Source: Promethearchaeota archaeon (GTDB taxonomy: Archaea; Asgardarchaeota; Lokiarchaeia; Sigyniarchaeales; SOKP01). Taken from it: DNA of 64,000 nt. Made by a program: the position numbers and the translations under genes. The DNA lies in the NCBI GenBank assembly GCA_018238625.1, contig JABCSY010000002.1:1-64000 (forward strand), written 5' to 3'. Shown piece after piece: positions 38,612 to 47,812 of this stretch. The notes beneath the pieces were generated by a model, which saw only the letters and a program-made list of their open reading frames with translations, was not told the origin of the DNA and ran no database searches. Each line of letters starts with the position of its first letter. The stretch's first letter is position 1.

Positions 38612-39565
38612 ATTCCTGACGAAAAGAAACGCAATAATAATTCGAACGGTGATAATAACTATTCTATACCTAAAGTAACTGAAAACGAATTAAAAAATCT
38701 TGATTTGAAGAGCGAAAAAACCAAAGAACTAATGAAAGAATACGAAGAAGAAACCGATAAATACGCTATCTGGCGTGGTTCTATAACCGAAGGCTTTATT
38801 AAATGGTTGAAAGGAGAAAAGATTTATGATCGCGAAAAAGAGCGAATTTCGTTGTATGTAGCCGATGAAACTAAAGCTGACTGGCAGGATTTTATAAATA
38901 CTCATAAAGAAAAATACAAAACCGTATCAAAACTCATAAGAGAAAGCGTAAATTACTTTATTAAACAGAAATCGGGCTTAATCGGTGAAGATTTGCATAA
39001 ACTAGACGAGAAAACTCTTACGAACATATCCCACGCGTTAAAAGAGCCATTAACATCAATTAAGGGATTTTCACAACTATTGATTGAGAATTATAAGGAG
39101 GAATTGACGGAAGATGTATTTAATACTATAAAAAATATCTTCGATCAATCTTTACTTCTCGAGAATAAAATTATTAGTATTCTAGACAATATAAAAATGG
39201 AAAGTTCTAAGTACGACATTTTGCTTATCGAAGACGACTTAGCGACAATTAGATTGTTAACGAGCTATTTTGATAGCAAAGGTTTTTCTTGTAAGGGTGT
39301 CGTAAGTGGAACAAAAGGATTGCAAGAATTAGCCAATAACCCTTGTAAATTAGTTCTACTCGATATTATTTTGCCAGATTACAGCGGTTACGATATCTGT
39401 AAAAAAATTAAATCAAATAGAAATCTTAAAGACATACAAGTCTTTTTACTAACAGCCATCCCGGGTTCTGAAGTAGAAAAAAATTTTGAGGATAGTAAAG
39501 CTAACGGTTACATCTTAAAACCATTTGATTTCTCTGATTTTGAAGTGCTATTTCAATATTTATAA
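38612..39565 (+). CDS. RHH-like + HisKA(DHp) + receiver regulator, paralog 2
   Basis: Clear tandem paralog of the previous gene. Likely ATT start 38612 after GGGTG (track TTG 38561). Confidence 0.85.
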   Translation: MPDEKKRNNNSNGDNNYSIPKVTENELKNLDLKSEKTKELMKEYEEETDKYAIWRGSITEGFIKWLKGEKIYDREKERISLYVADETKADWQDFINTHKEKYKTVSKLIRESVNYFIKQKSGLIGEDLHKLDEKTLTNISHALKEPLTSIKGFSQLLIENYKEELTEDVFNTIKNIFDQSLLLENKIISILDNIKMESSKYDILLIEDDLATIRLLTSYFDSKGFSCKGVVSGTKGLQELANNPCKLVLLDIILPDYSGYDICKKIKSNRNLKDIQVFLLTAIPGSEVEKNFEDSKANGYILKPFDFSDFEVLFQYL

Positions 39566-39601
39566 AGAAATAGAACTTTTTTCTTTTATTAAAAAAATAA
39601 G

Positions 39602-39705
39602 CGGGCTATGAGGGACTTTCGCCTCCATCTGATAAGGATGGAAGTATCGAACCCCCGACCTGCCGGTTAAGAGCCGGATGCGCTACCTGCCTGCGCTAAT
39701 AGCCC
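39602..39705 (-). tRNA. tRNA-Lys(CTT) with 30-nt BHB intron in the T-loop (39616-39645)
   Basis: Acceptor GGGCTAT/ATAGCCC, anticodon loop CTCTTAA. BHB helix TTCG/CGAA; spliced T-loop TTCGATT. Confidence 0.92.
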
Positions 39706-39729
39706 TGTTTACTAAATCACCATTGAAAA

Positions 39730-39834
39730 CGCACCTGGAGGGATTTGAACCCCCGAGCGCTTACGCGCACTGGCTTGCTTGATAGTTTCTATTGTACGCT
39801 CAAGGCCAGCGTCTTACCACTAGGCTACAGGTGC
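39730..39834 (-). tRNA. tRNA-Ser(TGA) with 23-nt canonical 37/38 intron (39776-39798)
   Basis: Acceptor GCACCTG/CAGGTGC, CTGGC-CTTGAG|A-GCCAG, long variable arm, BHB helix CTTG/CAAG. Confidence 0.9.
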
Positions 39835-40073
39835 TCTGGAATTACGGTTTTTCGACAAAGTGGTATTATTATCACACTCCACCGAATTATCCATGTTTAA
39901 TGGATGATCTATATTTTCTATTTTTTTTTTAATGATATAGGTATTAAAATAGATTATATTTAATAAAATAAATTTTTTTTTATTTTACTCTCGTAATTCA
40001 TACTTAAAAGAACACTTAAAAGAAAAATATAAATTTTATGTTTCATTGACTTATAATTGAGATGATATAAAAA

Positions 40074-40562
40074 ATGAGTGGGGCCAAAGATTTTAGATAT
40101 TTAATTCCGGAGCGAATCTTTAAATCGATAACTGACAGAGCAGCAGAAGTGTATCCTAACATCGAAAATTACTGGATTTTTGCGGATCGTAAAGAAAACT
40201 TCGGAATAGTTAATAAATTTATTGTTAATCCAGATTTGAGAAAAACCAAAGTTCACGTAAAACCTAGAAGTTGGATGCGATATAAGAAATCGAAAATCTA
40301 CAATATGCGGAAGTTTAAACAAGAGCTTGGAATAGATATAATCTGGCAGGCTCATACACACCCTTCAGGAAACGAGAAATTACACGCAATCGATAAAAAG
40401 ATTTTAAAATATCTCTCAAATGGTGTAATGATAATTGTAATTCCTAATCTTCCCGAAAACGAACCTCCTTTAAAAGCCCATTTAGTTGGTTGGTATTACG
40501 ATAAGCGATACACGAAGAAGCCAATCATCGAGATGATGGTGTTCGAGATAATCCAAGAGTGA
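40074..40562 (+). CDS. JAB/MPN+ (JAMM)-like metalloprotease domain protein, variant motif
   Basis: KENFG ... AHTHPSGNEKLHAID (HxH-x10-D), MIIVIP. Confidence 0.6.
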   Translation: MSGAKDFRYLIPERIFKSITDRAAEVYPNIENYWIFADRKENFGIVNKFIVNPDLRKTKVHVKPRSWMRYKKSKIYNMRKFKQELGIDIIWQAHTHPSGNEKLHAIDKKILKYLSNGVMIIVIPNLPENEPPLKAHLVGWYYDKRYTKKPIIEMMVFEIIQE

Positions 40563-40812
40563 TTTTAAGCTTAAATTTCTTTCTTTTCTTTTTAAATTTT
40601 ATTAGTTACTAATTTACGAGATTAAGCAACAAAAAGAATCGAAAATAACGCTAGTAAAAAAGGTGTGATTTTAGAATTATCACATTGAATTTTTATTTAT
40701 TTTTTCTTTGTTTCATTTCGATATAAATTAAATACGCAATACAATGAAAAAGTATTAAAATTTTAGATATTTATATGTAAAATATAAGATTTAAAGTTTA
40801 TAAAAACACTAA

Positions 40813-40944
40813 GCAATCGTCGCTTAGCCTGGTAGAACGGAAAAGCGTGCCGAAAGCGCTGGATTGCTAATCCAGTGTCCAAACGGACTCGTGGGTTCGA
40901 ATATCCCATTGATTACAATGGGGTCGGGACTCCCACCGATTGCG
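40813..40944 (+). tRNA. tRNA-Ser(GCT) with two BHB introns: D-loop (40836-40854, 19 nt) and T-loop (40902-40930, 29 nt)
   Basis: Acceptor GCAATCG/CGATTGC, CTGGA-TTGCTAA-TCCAG, long variable arm. Splicing restores GCTTAGCCTGGTAGAGCG and TTCGAAT. Confidence 0.9.
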
Positions 40945-40967
40945 TTCTTATAACATTTAAAAAGCAA

Positions 40968-41070
40968 GGGCCCATGGTCTAGTGGTTATGATTCAATTTT
41001 TAGAAATTGAATAATATACGTCTCGCTTACACCGAGAAGGTCGGGAGTTCAATCCTCCCTGGGCCCACCA
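40968..41070 (+). tRNA. tRNA-Val(TAC) with 27-nt D-arm BHB intron (40991-41017), CCA encoded
   Basis: GGGCCCA/TGGGCCC-A-CCA, TCTCG-CTTACAC-CGAGA. Splicing restores GTCTAGTGGTTATGACG. Confidence 0.92.
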
Positions 41071-41080
41071 TTTTTTCATT

Positions 41081-41875
41081 CTATACAAATAATTTTCTGA
41101 TTCTTTCAGGTCTAATTGCGCTCAACTTACAATTTTTAAGGTATTTACCGATATCTGCAATAATTCCTGGAGCGTTTGTGTTTTGTCTTAGAATTACGAT
41201 ATTCTCCAGAAATCCGAATCGCTCTATTGACGCGATATCTCGATAATGACCGGTCCTTATAAGAGCTTTTTTGAATTGCCCTTTTGTTTCACCGCTTACA
41301 AAAACGCCCTCGAGATTTTCCACAACTAATTTACCGTAAATTTTTAAAGTCTTCTGATCTAGAATGCCTTGGATTTGTTCTTTTTCTTTATCGATTGAAG
41401 TAATTTTTATATAAACAGGAAAATGATCGATAAAATCGTAAGCTTTAATAATTTCTGTTAACGAAACATCTCTTCCTTTACATAATTGTTTTCTAAGAGC
41501 GTGAAGATTAAGTAAAACATCCGTTTTAGGGTTTAAAATAGCACAATCCACAAAAATTCCAAACCCTACCTTTCCTACGTCTAATAAGACTCCTTTATAC
41601 GTTTGATTTATTTCAACCTCATCGAACTCAACGATGGCTCCAACTTCTTTCTTAAATAAATTAAGAAGGAAGATTTCTTCTGGTCCTGATATTAGAATCT
41701 CAACTCTATCGTCAAATTGTCTTACCTTTTTTATTTGAACTTTTGTATTTGGAAAGCTTTGAGCTAATTCGTTCAAATATTTTCTATATCTTATTGAAAT
41801 TTCTCTTTTATCTTTATCTGTAGAGACGTTATAAATTTTATCGTATAGGACTAAATTTTTTACCATACAAATCAT
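41081..41875 (-). CDS. DUF2110-like archaeal protein (S1/OB-like)
   Basis: GKVGFGIFVD, DHFPV, GHYRDI..IERFGFLE, TNAPGIIADIG. Confidence 0.75.
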   Translation of the reverse strand: MICMVKNLVLYDKIYNVSTDKDKREISIRYRKYLNELAQSFPNTKVQIKKVRQFDDRVEILISGPEEIFLLNLFKKEVGAIVEFDEVEINQTYKGVLLDVGKVGFGIFVDCAILNPKTDVLLNLHALRKQLCKGRDVSLTEIIKAYDFIDHFPVYIKITSIDKEKEQIQGILDQKTLKIYGKLVVENLEGVFVSGETKGQFKKALIRTGHYRDIASIERFGFLENIVILRQNTNAPGIIADIGKYLKNCKLSAIRPERIRKLFV

Positions 41876-42030
41876 TAAAATAATTATTATAATAGTAAGT
41901 ATAGCGTAATATTTCTTATTTTCTCTTATTCCATTAGTTAATTTTAGCTTAATTTCGTTCTGATAAAATTTAAATTGATAAACTTTTATGATAGTTTAAA
42001 GAAAAGCATAAGAATTTGTTGGTGTGAGTT

Positions 42031-42402
42031 ATGGAACAACAACGATTTAATTATTTAGTTGAAGAACTAAGAAAGTACGACGGTATGGGAGAAATTTTCT
42101 TGTTGGATTCTAACGGCGAGATAATTTTTAAATCAGAAGAATTCTCCTTATCAAACGAAGAAGCTAAAGCTATGCTTGTAGCGTGGAAGCAAAAAGAACC
42201 AGCTCTTAAATTTCAGAATCATAGATATGCAATATTAAAAAATGATGATATTCAATTAGCGGCAAAAAATATTGCTGGGGAAAAGGGAAATATAGTTGGA
42301 TCGATAACAAAAGACGGAGATTACCTCATAGCACATACTCAAGATGAAGGTTTGATTTTACTTGAGTGGTCAATTTTTATAAATAAGATTGCTTGGAGTT
42401 AA
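42031..42402 (+). CDS. Asgard profilin-like protein
   Basis: 123 aa; LLDSNGEII..S..F.L...E, LKFQNHRYAIL, AAKNIAGEKGNIV pattern parallels Loki profilins (from memory, not aligned). Confidence 0.65.
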   Translation: MEQQRFNYLVEELRKYDGMGEIFLLDSNGEIIFKSEEFSLSNEEAKAMLVAWKQKEPALKFQNHRYAILKNDDIQLAAKNIAGEKGNIVGSITKDGDYLIAHTQDEGLILLEWSIFINKIAWS

Positions 42403-42627
42403 ACTGTTTGAAGAATTCACCTAATTATTATCAAGTCTTTTAAAATTACTTTTTATTTCTTTTTTATCTGTATCCTGAATTTGAGCAAATAGTTTTTTTT
42501 TTATTGTGAATTTATGTTCAAAAGCTAATACTTTATTTAGACAAAATATAAATTTTATTAAAAATTTCAATATTTTAATAGTAAAAAAAAAATAAGATAA
42601 TTAATTAAAAATTAAAAGGGATAAATC

Positions 42628-43344
42628 ATGTTCCAGCAAGCAGGACGAGGGTACGACATGGCAATAACTCAGTTTTCTCCAGAGGGTAGGCTGTTTCAGG
42701 TCGAGTACGCTATAGAGGCCGTGAGAAGAGGAACAGCGGCTATTGTCTGTAGGAATAGTCATTCAGTTGTTTTTGCCGTCGAAAAAAAGAGTTCCGAACT
42801 TCAAGAAATTATTGGCTCGGAAAAAATATTTAAAGTTGACGACCACATTGGCGCAGCTATCGCTGGGCTTACTGCTGATGCTAGAGTGCTTATTGACAGA
42901 GCAAGAGTTCAGGCACAAGTTAATATTTTAAATTACGAGGAGAATATTTCGGTTAAAGATAGTACGCTTAATATCTGCGAATATCTCCAACTTTTCACGC
43001 AGAACGCAGGTGTGAGACCTTTTGGAGTGAGTTTCCTTATAGCTGGAGTTGATCCAAATGGAGAGGCTTCGTTGTATTTGACAGACCCCTCGGGCGCTAT
43101 GTGGGGTTATAAAGCTTTTGCGATAGGTTCAGGTGCAACTGAGGCGCGGGTTTACCTTGAAGAAAATTATAAAGAAGATATTAGTGATGATGAATTAAAA
43201 TTATTACCTTTAAGAGCTTTAAAAGAATTAATGGGTGATAAATTGAATAAAGAAACTTGTGATGTAGCTTTCATTATAAAAGACGATGTTAAATATAAAT
43301 TATTGAGTAATGAAGAAAAGGAAGATTTATTGAATAAATTATAA
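42628..43344 (+). CDS. psmA: Proteasome alpha subunit
   Basis: GYDMAITQFSPEGRLFQVEYA, RPFGVS, TDPSG. Confidence 0.97.
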   Translation: MFQQAGRGYDMAITQFSPEGRLFQVEYAIEAVRRGTAAIVCRNSHSVVFAVEKKSSELQEIIGSEKIFKVDDHIGAAIAGLTADARVLIDRARVQAQVNILNYEENISVKDSTLNICEYLQLFTQNAGVRPFGVSFLIAGVDPNGEASLYLTDPSGAMWGYKAFAIGSGATEARVYLEENYKEDISDDELKLLPLRALKELMGDKLNKETCDVAFIIKDDVKYKLLSNEEKEDLLNKL

Positions 43345-43468
43345 TCTTCTATAATGTATTTAAAGTTCAAGGTTAGCCCTCATTAATATTTATCAATTAA
43401 TATAAGGCAAAAAATAAAAAATTGTAAAAAATGGGATCCTTCAATAAAGTAATTAGTGAAAAATTTAA

Positions 43469-44260
43469 ATGATAGGAAGAGCAAGAATAGATTTAGGTGG
43501 TTTCATTGTTGGGCGCATAGCAAAAGAGGGACGCACTTTTGAGATGTTATTAGCCCCGGACAAAGCATGGGAAGCGAAAAAATTCATTCGAGAAGAAATA
43601 AACAAACGTCTTATGGAAGGAAGCGAAAAATCTCGCGTTTCTGCTGAAGAACTCTTAAAAAATCCTAAAATTACAATTGATTTAATTTTTGAAAGTTTTA
43701 CCGTGTTTGAAGACTTGAGAAGGGGAAAAAAAGCAACTGACGGCGATATGGAAGCTGTATTTAATACTACAGACGGAAGACTTATCGCAAGCCACATTTT
43801 GTTAGAAGGAGAAATACATTGGACTCAGACCCAACGAGATGATGAAAGAGATAAAAAATTAAAGCAGATAATTACAATTATCTCTAAAAACGCGATAAAT
43901 CCTCAAAACAAAAAACCACACCCATATCAAAGAATTGAAAAAGCTATAGAGGAAGTAAAAGTTAAAGTTGACTTAATGAGAAGCGCGGAAGAACAAATTG
44001 AAGATGTACTTAAACAGATACGAGCAATCATACCTATTAGAATGGAGCAAGTGGAAATTGCGATAAAGATTCCTTCAGCCTTTACTGCAAAGGGCTATAA
44101 TGTTGTTGCGCAATTAGCACAAATTAAAAAAGAGGAGTGGCAATCGGATGGTTCTTGGGTTTCAGTTGTTAGTTTGCCTGCAGGATTGCAGATGGAGTTG
44201 ATTGATAAATTAAATAAGTTAACTCACGGACGAGTTCAAACAAAATTAATAAAATCCTAA
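43469..44260 (+). CDS. sdo1: Ribosome maturation factor SBDS/Sdo1
   Basis: FE...P, INPQNKKPHP, EEWQSDGSW, LNKLTHG; exosome operon position. Confidence 0.93.
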   Translation: MIGRARIDLGGFIVGRIAKEGRTFEMLLAPDKAWEAKKFIREEINKRLMEGSEKSRVSAEELLKNPKITIDLIFESFTVFEDLRRGKKATDGDMEAVFNTTDGRLIASHILLEGEIHWTQTQRDDERDKKLKQIITIISKNAINPQNKKPHPYQRIEKAIEEVKVKVDLMRSAEEQIEDVLKQIRAIIPIRMEQVEIAIKIPSAFTAKGYNVVAQLAQIKKEEWQSDGSWVSVVSLPAGLQMELIDKLNKLTHGRVQTKLIKS

Positions 44261-44349
44261 CCAGGTAATTTTTAACTAATTTTCAATAATGGTTTTTTAC
44301 GATAATTAATCAAAAATATAAATAATAAATAGAGAGTGATTACAAATAA

Positions 44350-45159
44350 ATGGAAAATGAAGAAGATGAATTAATAGAAGAACCTCTTACAGATAATGAT
44401 GAAGCTGAAGAAATAGGTGAATTAGGTGGTGAGGAAGTTTCTCGGGAAGTTGTTGTGCCAGGAGAGGTATTGACAGAAGATACAAAAAATTTCTTACCAG
44501 GAAGAGGTACAATTTTAAATAAAAAAAGAACAAAAATAATATCTTTAAACATTGGTTTAAAGCAGATTAACAAAAATTACATTAATGTCATCCCTCTTAA
44601 AGGGTTTTATACGCCTCGAGCAGGAGATAAGATTATTGCTTTAGTTACAGATAAAAACCCAGTCAAATATAGATTAGATATTAACGCAAAAAAGGATGGG
44701 ATTTTAAAACCAAGAAATACAGTAAAAAGAGGAAAACCGAGAGGATTTAGAGGGGGAGGTTCAGATCATGAAACTCCTTCAACTGATAAGTATCAAATTG
44801 GAGATATATTAATTGTAAAGGTGCTTTCTGCGGATCGTCTAAATCAACCTGAATTAACAACCGTCGGTCAATATTTAGGCAAAAGAAGAGACGGCATTGT
44901 TATCTCAATCAATCCTCCAAAAATTCCACGAGTTATTGGACGTAGTGGTTCTATGATTAAAATGTTAAAAAATCTGACTAAAAGTAATATATTTGTAACG
45001 CAAAATGGGCGTATTTGGTTAAAAGGTGAAAATATTGCTTATGAAAGGTTATTAATTGACGCAATAAAGAAAATTGAAAGAGAAGCCCATACAGTCGGGC
45101 TAACGGACCGAATTTCAGAATATATTGATAACGAAAAAAAGATAAGAGGTATAAATTAA
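44350..45159 (+). CDS. rrp4: Exosome RNA-binding subunit Rrp4
   Basis: VVPGE, VIPLKGFYTP, KH motif PRVIGRSGSM, QNGRIW, GLTDRI. Confidence 0.95.
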   Translation: MENEEDELIEEPLTDNDEAEEIGELGGEEVSREVVVPGEVLTEDTKNFLPGRGTILNKKRTKIISLNIGLKQINKNYINVIPLKGFYTPRAGDKIIALVTDKNPVKYRLDINAKKDGILKPRNTVKRGKPRGFRGGGSDHETPSTDKYQIGDILIVKVLSADRLNQPELTTVGQYLGKRRDGIVISINPPKIPRVIGRSGSMIKMLKNLTKSNIFVTQNGRIWLKGENIAYERLLIDAIKKIEREAHTVGLTDRISEYIDNEKKIRGIN

Positions 45160-45927
45160 ATGCCACTAATTATTAAAGATGAGTATCCAGAAAAATTATT
45201 TCGTGAAGATGGGAAGAGACTTGATGGTCGAGACAAAAATGAGTTAAGACCTATAAAAATGGAAGTAGGAGTACTAAAAAATGCAGATGGTTCAGCATAT
45301 TTAGAATGGGGTAATAATAAAGTTTTTTGTGCTGTTTACGGACCTAGAGATGTTCATCCTCATTATTTAGCGAAACCTGACAAAGGAATTTTAAGAGTTT
45401 TTTATAGAATGGCAACTTTTTCAGTGTTTGAGAGAAAACGCCCAGCTCCTGGACGTCGAGAAAAAGAGATCTCAATGGTATTAGGAGATTGCTTAGAACC
45501 TTTGCTGTTTCTTGAACTTTATCCTGGTAATTCGTTTGAGGTTTTTATTAACGTGATGGATGCTGATGGCGGAACACGATGTGCATGTGCCACAGTTGCT
45601 GCCTTAGCACTCGCTGATGCAGGGGTTCCTATGAGGAGTCTAGTAACAGCTGTTGCCGTAGGAAAAATCGATGGAGAATTAGTAACAGATTTATCAGGAA
45701 TAGAAGATAAAGCGGGTGATGCAGATTTACCGTGTGCGATAACATGGTTTAATGAGGAATTATCATTACTCCAATTCGATGGTAGTATGGATTTAAAAGA
45801 GTTTAACGAGAGTTTAACTCTTGCTAAAGATGCTCTAATAAAGATCCATGAAATGCAGTTAAACACGCTAAAAAATAAATATATTTCAATTCAAGAAGAA
45901 TATTCTGGAGGAAAGAATAAAAAATGA
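45160..45927 (+). CDS. rrp41: Exosome RNase PH subunit Rrp41
   Basis: RLDGR, ADGSAY, YGPR, RREKEIS, DADGGTR. Confidence 0.95.
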   Translation: MPLIIKDEYPEKLFREDGKRLDGRDKNELRPIKMEVGVLKNADGSAYLEWGNNKVFCAVYGPRDVHPHYLAKPDKGILRVFYRMATFSVFERKRPAPGRREKEISMVLGDCLEPLLFLELYPGNSFEVFINVMDADGGTRCACATVAALALADAGVPMRSLVTAVAVGKIDGELVTDLSGIEDKAGDADLPCAITWFNEELSLLQFDGSMDLKEFNESLTLAKDALIKIHEMQLNTLKNKYISIQEEYSGGKNKK

Positions 45928-46748
45928 TGAATACAAAACGCGTAATCTCAACAATAGAAAAGAATTACATTCTCAATAATTTGAGGAAAGAAGAAAGAAT
46001 TGACGGTAGAGGACTTTGGGAATATCGAGATTGGACTATAAAACCAGATGTTATCGCTTCAGCAGAAGGATCTGCTGACGTCACATTAGGAGATACTAGA
46101 ATAATTACGGGGTTAAAATACGATGTAGGAACCCCATTTCCAGACATTCCTGAAGAAGGCGTTTGTACTTTTATGGCGGAACTGCTACCTTTAGCTTCCC
46201 CCATATTTGAGAGGGGACCTCCAAGTGAACAATCAATTGAACTTGCTCGTGTTGTTGACAGAGGAATTCGACATGCAGACTGCGTCCAAACAAAAAAATT
46301 ATGTATAAAAGCAAATAAAGCGGTATATATTTTATTTCTAGATCTATATATTATTAATTATTCGGGGAATTTAATTGATGCAGGTGGTATAAGTTCGTTA
46401 ACTGCATTAATTTCAAGTCACATTCCCGAAGGAAAATGGGTGGACGATCAAATTGAATGGACGGGCAAATATTTAACCGGAGAAACTATTGTAAATGAAC
46501 TACCAATTGTTACAACATTTGGAAAAATCGGCGATGTCATATTTTTAGACCCTACTTTACCAGAAGAACTAGTGAGTGATGGAAGAATCTCCATTTCTGT
46601 TACAGAAGATAATGTAGTATCTATTCAAAAAAGTGGTCTTGCTACATTTTCTTTAGAAGAAATAAATATGTTGTCCAAGAAATCTATGGAGATAGGTAAA
46701 AAAATTAGGAAGGAATTAAATCTTTGGCAATACAAAGTTAAATATTAA
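45924..46748 (+). CDS. rrp42: Exosome subunit Rrp42
   Basis: RIDGRG, AEGSA, PFPD, ELARVVDRGIR, GNLIDA, DPT..EE. Confidence 0.95.
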   Translation: MMNTKRVISTIEKNYILNNLRKEERIDGRGLWEYRDWTIKPDVIASAEGSADVTLGDTRIITGLKYDVGTPFPDIPEEGVCTFMAELLPLASPIFERGPPSEQSIELARVVDRGIRHADCVQTKKLCIKANKAVYILFLDLYIINYSGNLIDAGGISSLTALISSHIPEGKWVDDQIEWTGKYLTGETIVNELPIVTTFGKIGDVIFLDPTLPEELVSDGRISISVTEDNVVSIQKSGLATFSLEEINMLSKKSMEIGKKIRKELNLWQYKVKY

Positions 46749-46815
46749 AACTTTTTTTAATTGTATTTTTTTTTTAATTTTTTCTGTTTTAAATGTTTTT
46801 TGAGATTATTTTGTA

Positions 46816-47793
46816 TTAAAATTGTTGTTTTCTATCTTTTCTTAGAGTTTCAAACGTGCCATATCCTCCCGAAATTCCATCAAGTTCAAAAGTTCCAAAT
46901 GCTTGTACTAAGATTGATTGATTACCCTCATTATCTTGAAAATTGACGGGGATAATTGTGCCTACATCAGCCTTGAGTATATGTCGATCGCCGAGATTGT
47001 CGATCAATTCTAACTCTGAACTTATAGGTAAAATTCCATCTTGTTGAAATTTTTGATCTATTATTCTTAGCGTCTTTAAAGGAATATTTTTTCCATCTTT
47101 AAATAAAAACCCACCCGTAGATAATCTGCCATCATTAGTAATAATCGCAGCAGGATTAATTGCTAAATTTTCGTTAAACCAAACTACGTAATAAAACCAA
47201 TCTCCAATACCAGTCCAATCTCTTACCCCATAAGTGTGATCTCTTTGTCCTAAAACCCGATTAATGTGAAAAATTTCATCACCAACTTTTAATTCCCCGG
47301 AAACAAGTCCTATTTGTTCCCAATGTTTATCTCCTGATTTTTTACCGATCTCTAGCGATTCTGGAGTCATATATTTGCTATATTCGTATGGTTCGTTGAT
47401 AGGATTAAACGAAAAATCCATTTCAATCGATTGGACTTTTAAAATGAGTTTTGGGTTTTCACGCACTTTTGGTAAGTCTAACGAGTTCTTTACAAAAACC
47501 ATATTACCTTTAAATTTATAATTCCAATTTCCATCTAATTGCCAACCATGTACCATTCCTTTTACTTTAAGAGCATCTGAATAATCCTTTTTTTTAATCT
47601 GTTGGTGATATCCTGCTACGGAACCATCAGGCAGAAAAAGAAAGAAAAAAGTCATACCCTCCTGTTTATTTGGTTTAAAACCAATTCTAGACATGCCCCC
47701 CAATTTGTCCTTTTTACTGTAAAAAACAAAATAATAACTTTCGTTCCATTCAGGATGTTTGGTTGATTTATCTATGTGAGTTATTTTTTCCAT
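46816..47793 (-). CDS. Hypothetical beta-barrel protein (AttH/tocopherol-cyclase-like)
   Basis: WNESYYF, HWEQ.G...G, GQRDHTYGVRDW. Confidence 0.6.
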   Translation of the reverse strand: MEKITHIDKSTKHPEWNESYYFVFYSKKDKLGGMSRIGFKPNKQEGMTFFFLFLPDGSVAGYHQQIKKKDYSDALKVKGMVHGWQLDGNWNYKFKGNMVFVKNSLDLPKVRENPKLILKVQSIEMDFSFNPINEPYEYSKYMTPESLEIGKKSGDKHWEQIGLVSGELKVGDEIFHINRVLGQRDHTYGVRDWTGIGDWFYYVVWFNENLAINPAAIITNDGRLSTGGFLFKDGKNIPLKTLRIIDQKFQQDGILPISSELELIDNLGDRHILKADVGTIIPVNFQDNEGNQSILVQAFGTFELDGISGGYGTFETLRKDRKQQF

Positions 47794-47812
47794 TTTTTAT
47801 TTTAAACCTTTG

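Noticed and set aside
41007-41246. 79-aa plus-strand ORF
   Set aside because: It overlaps tRNA-Val(TAC) and the antisense DUF2110 gene.
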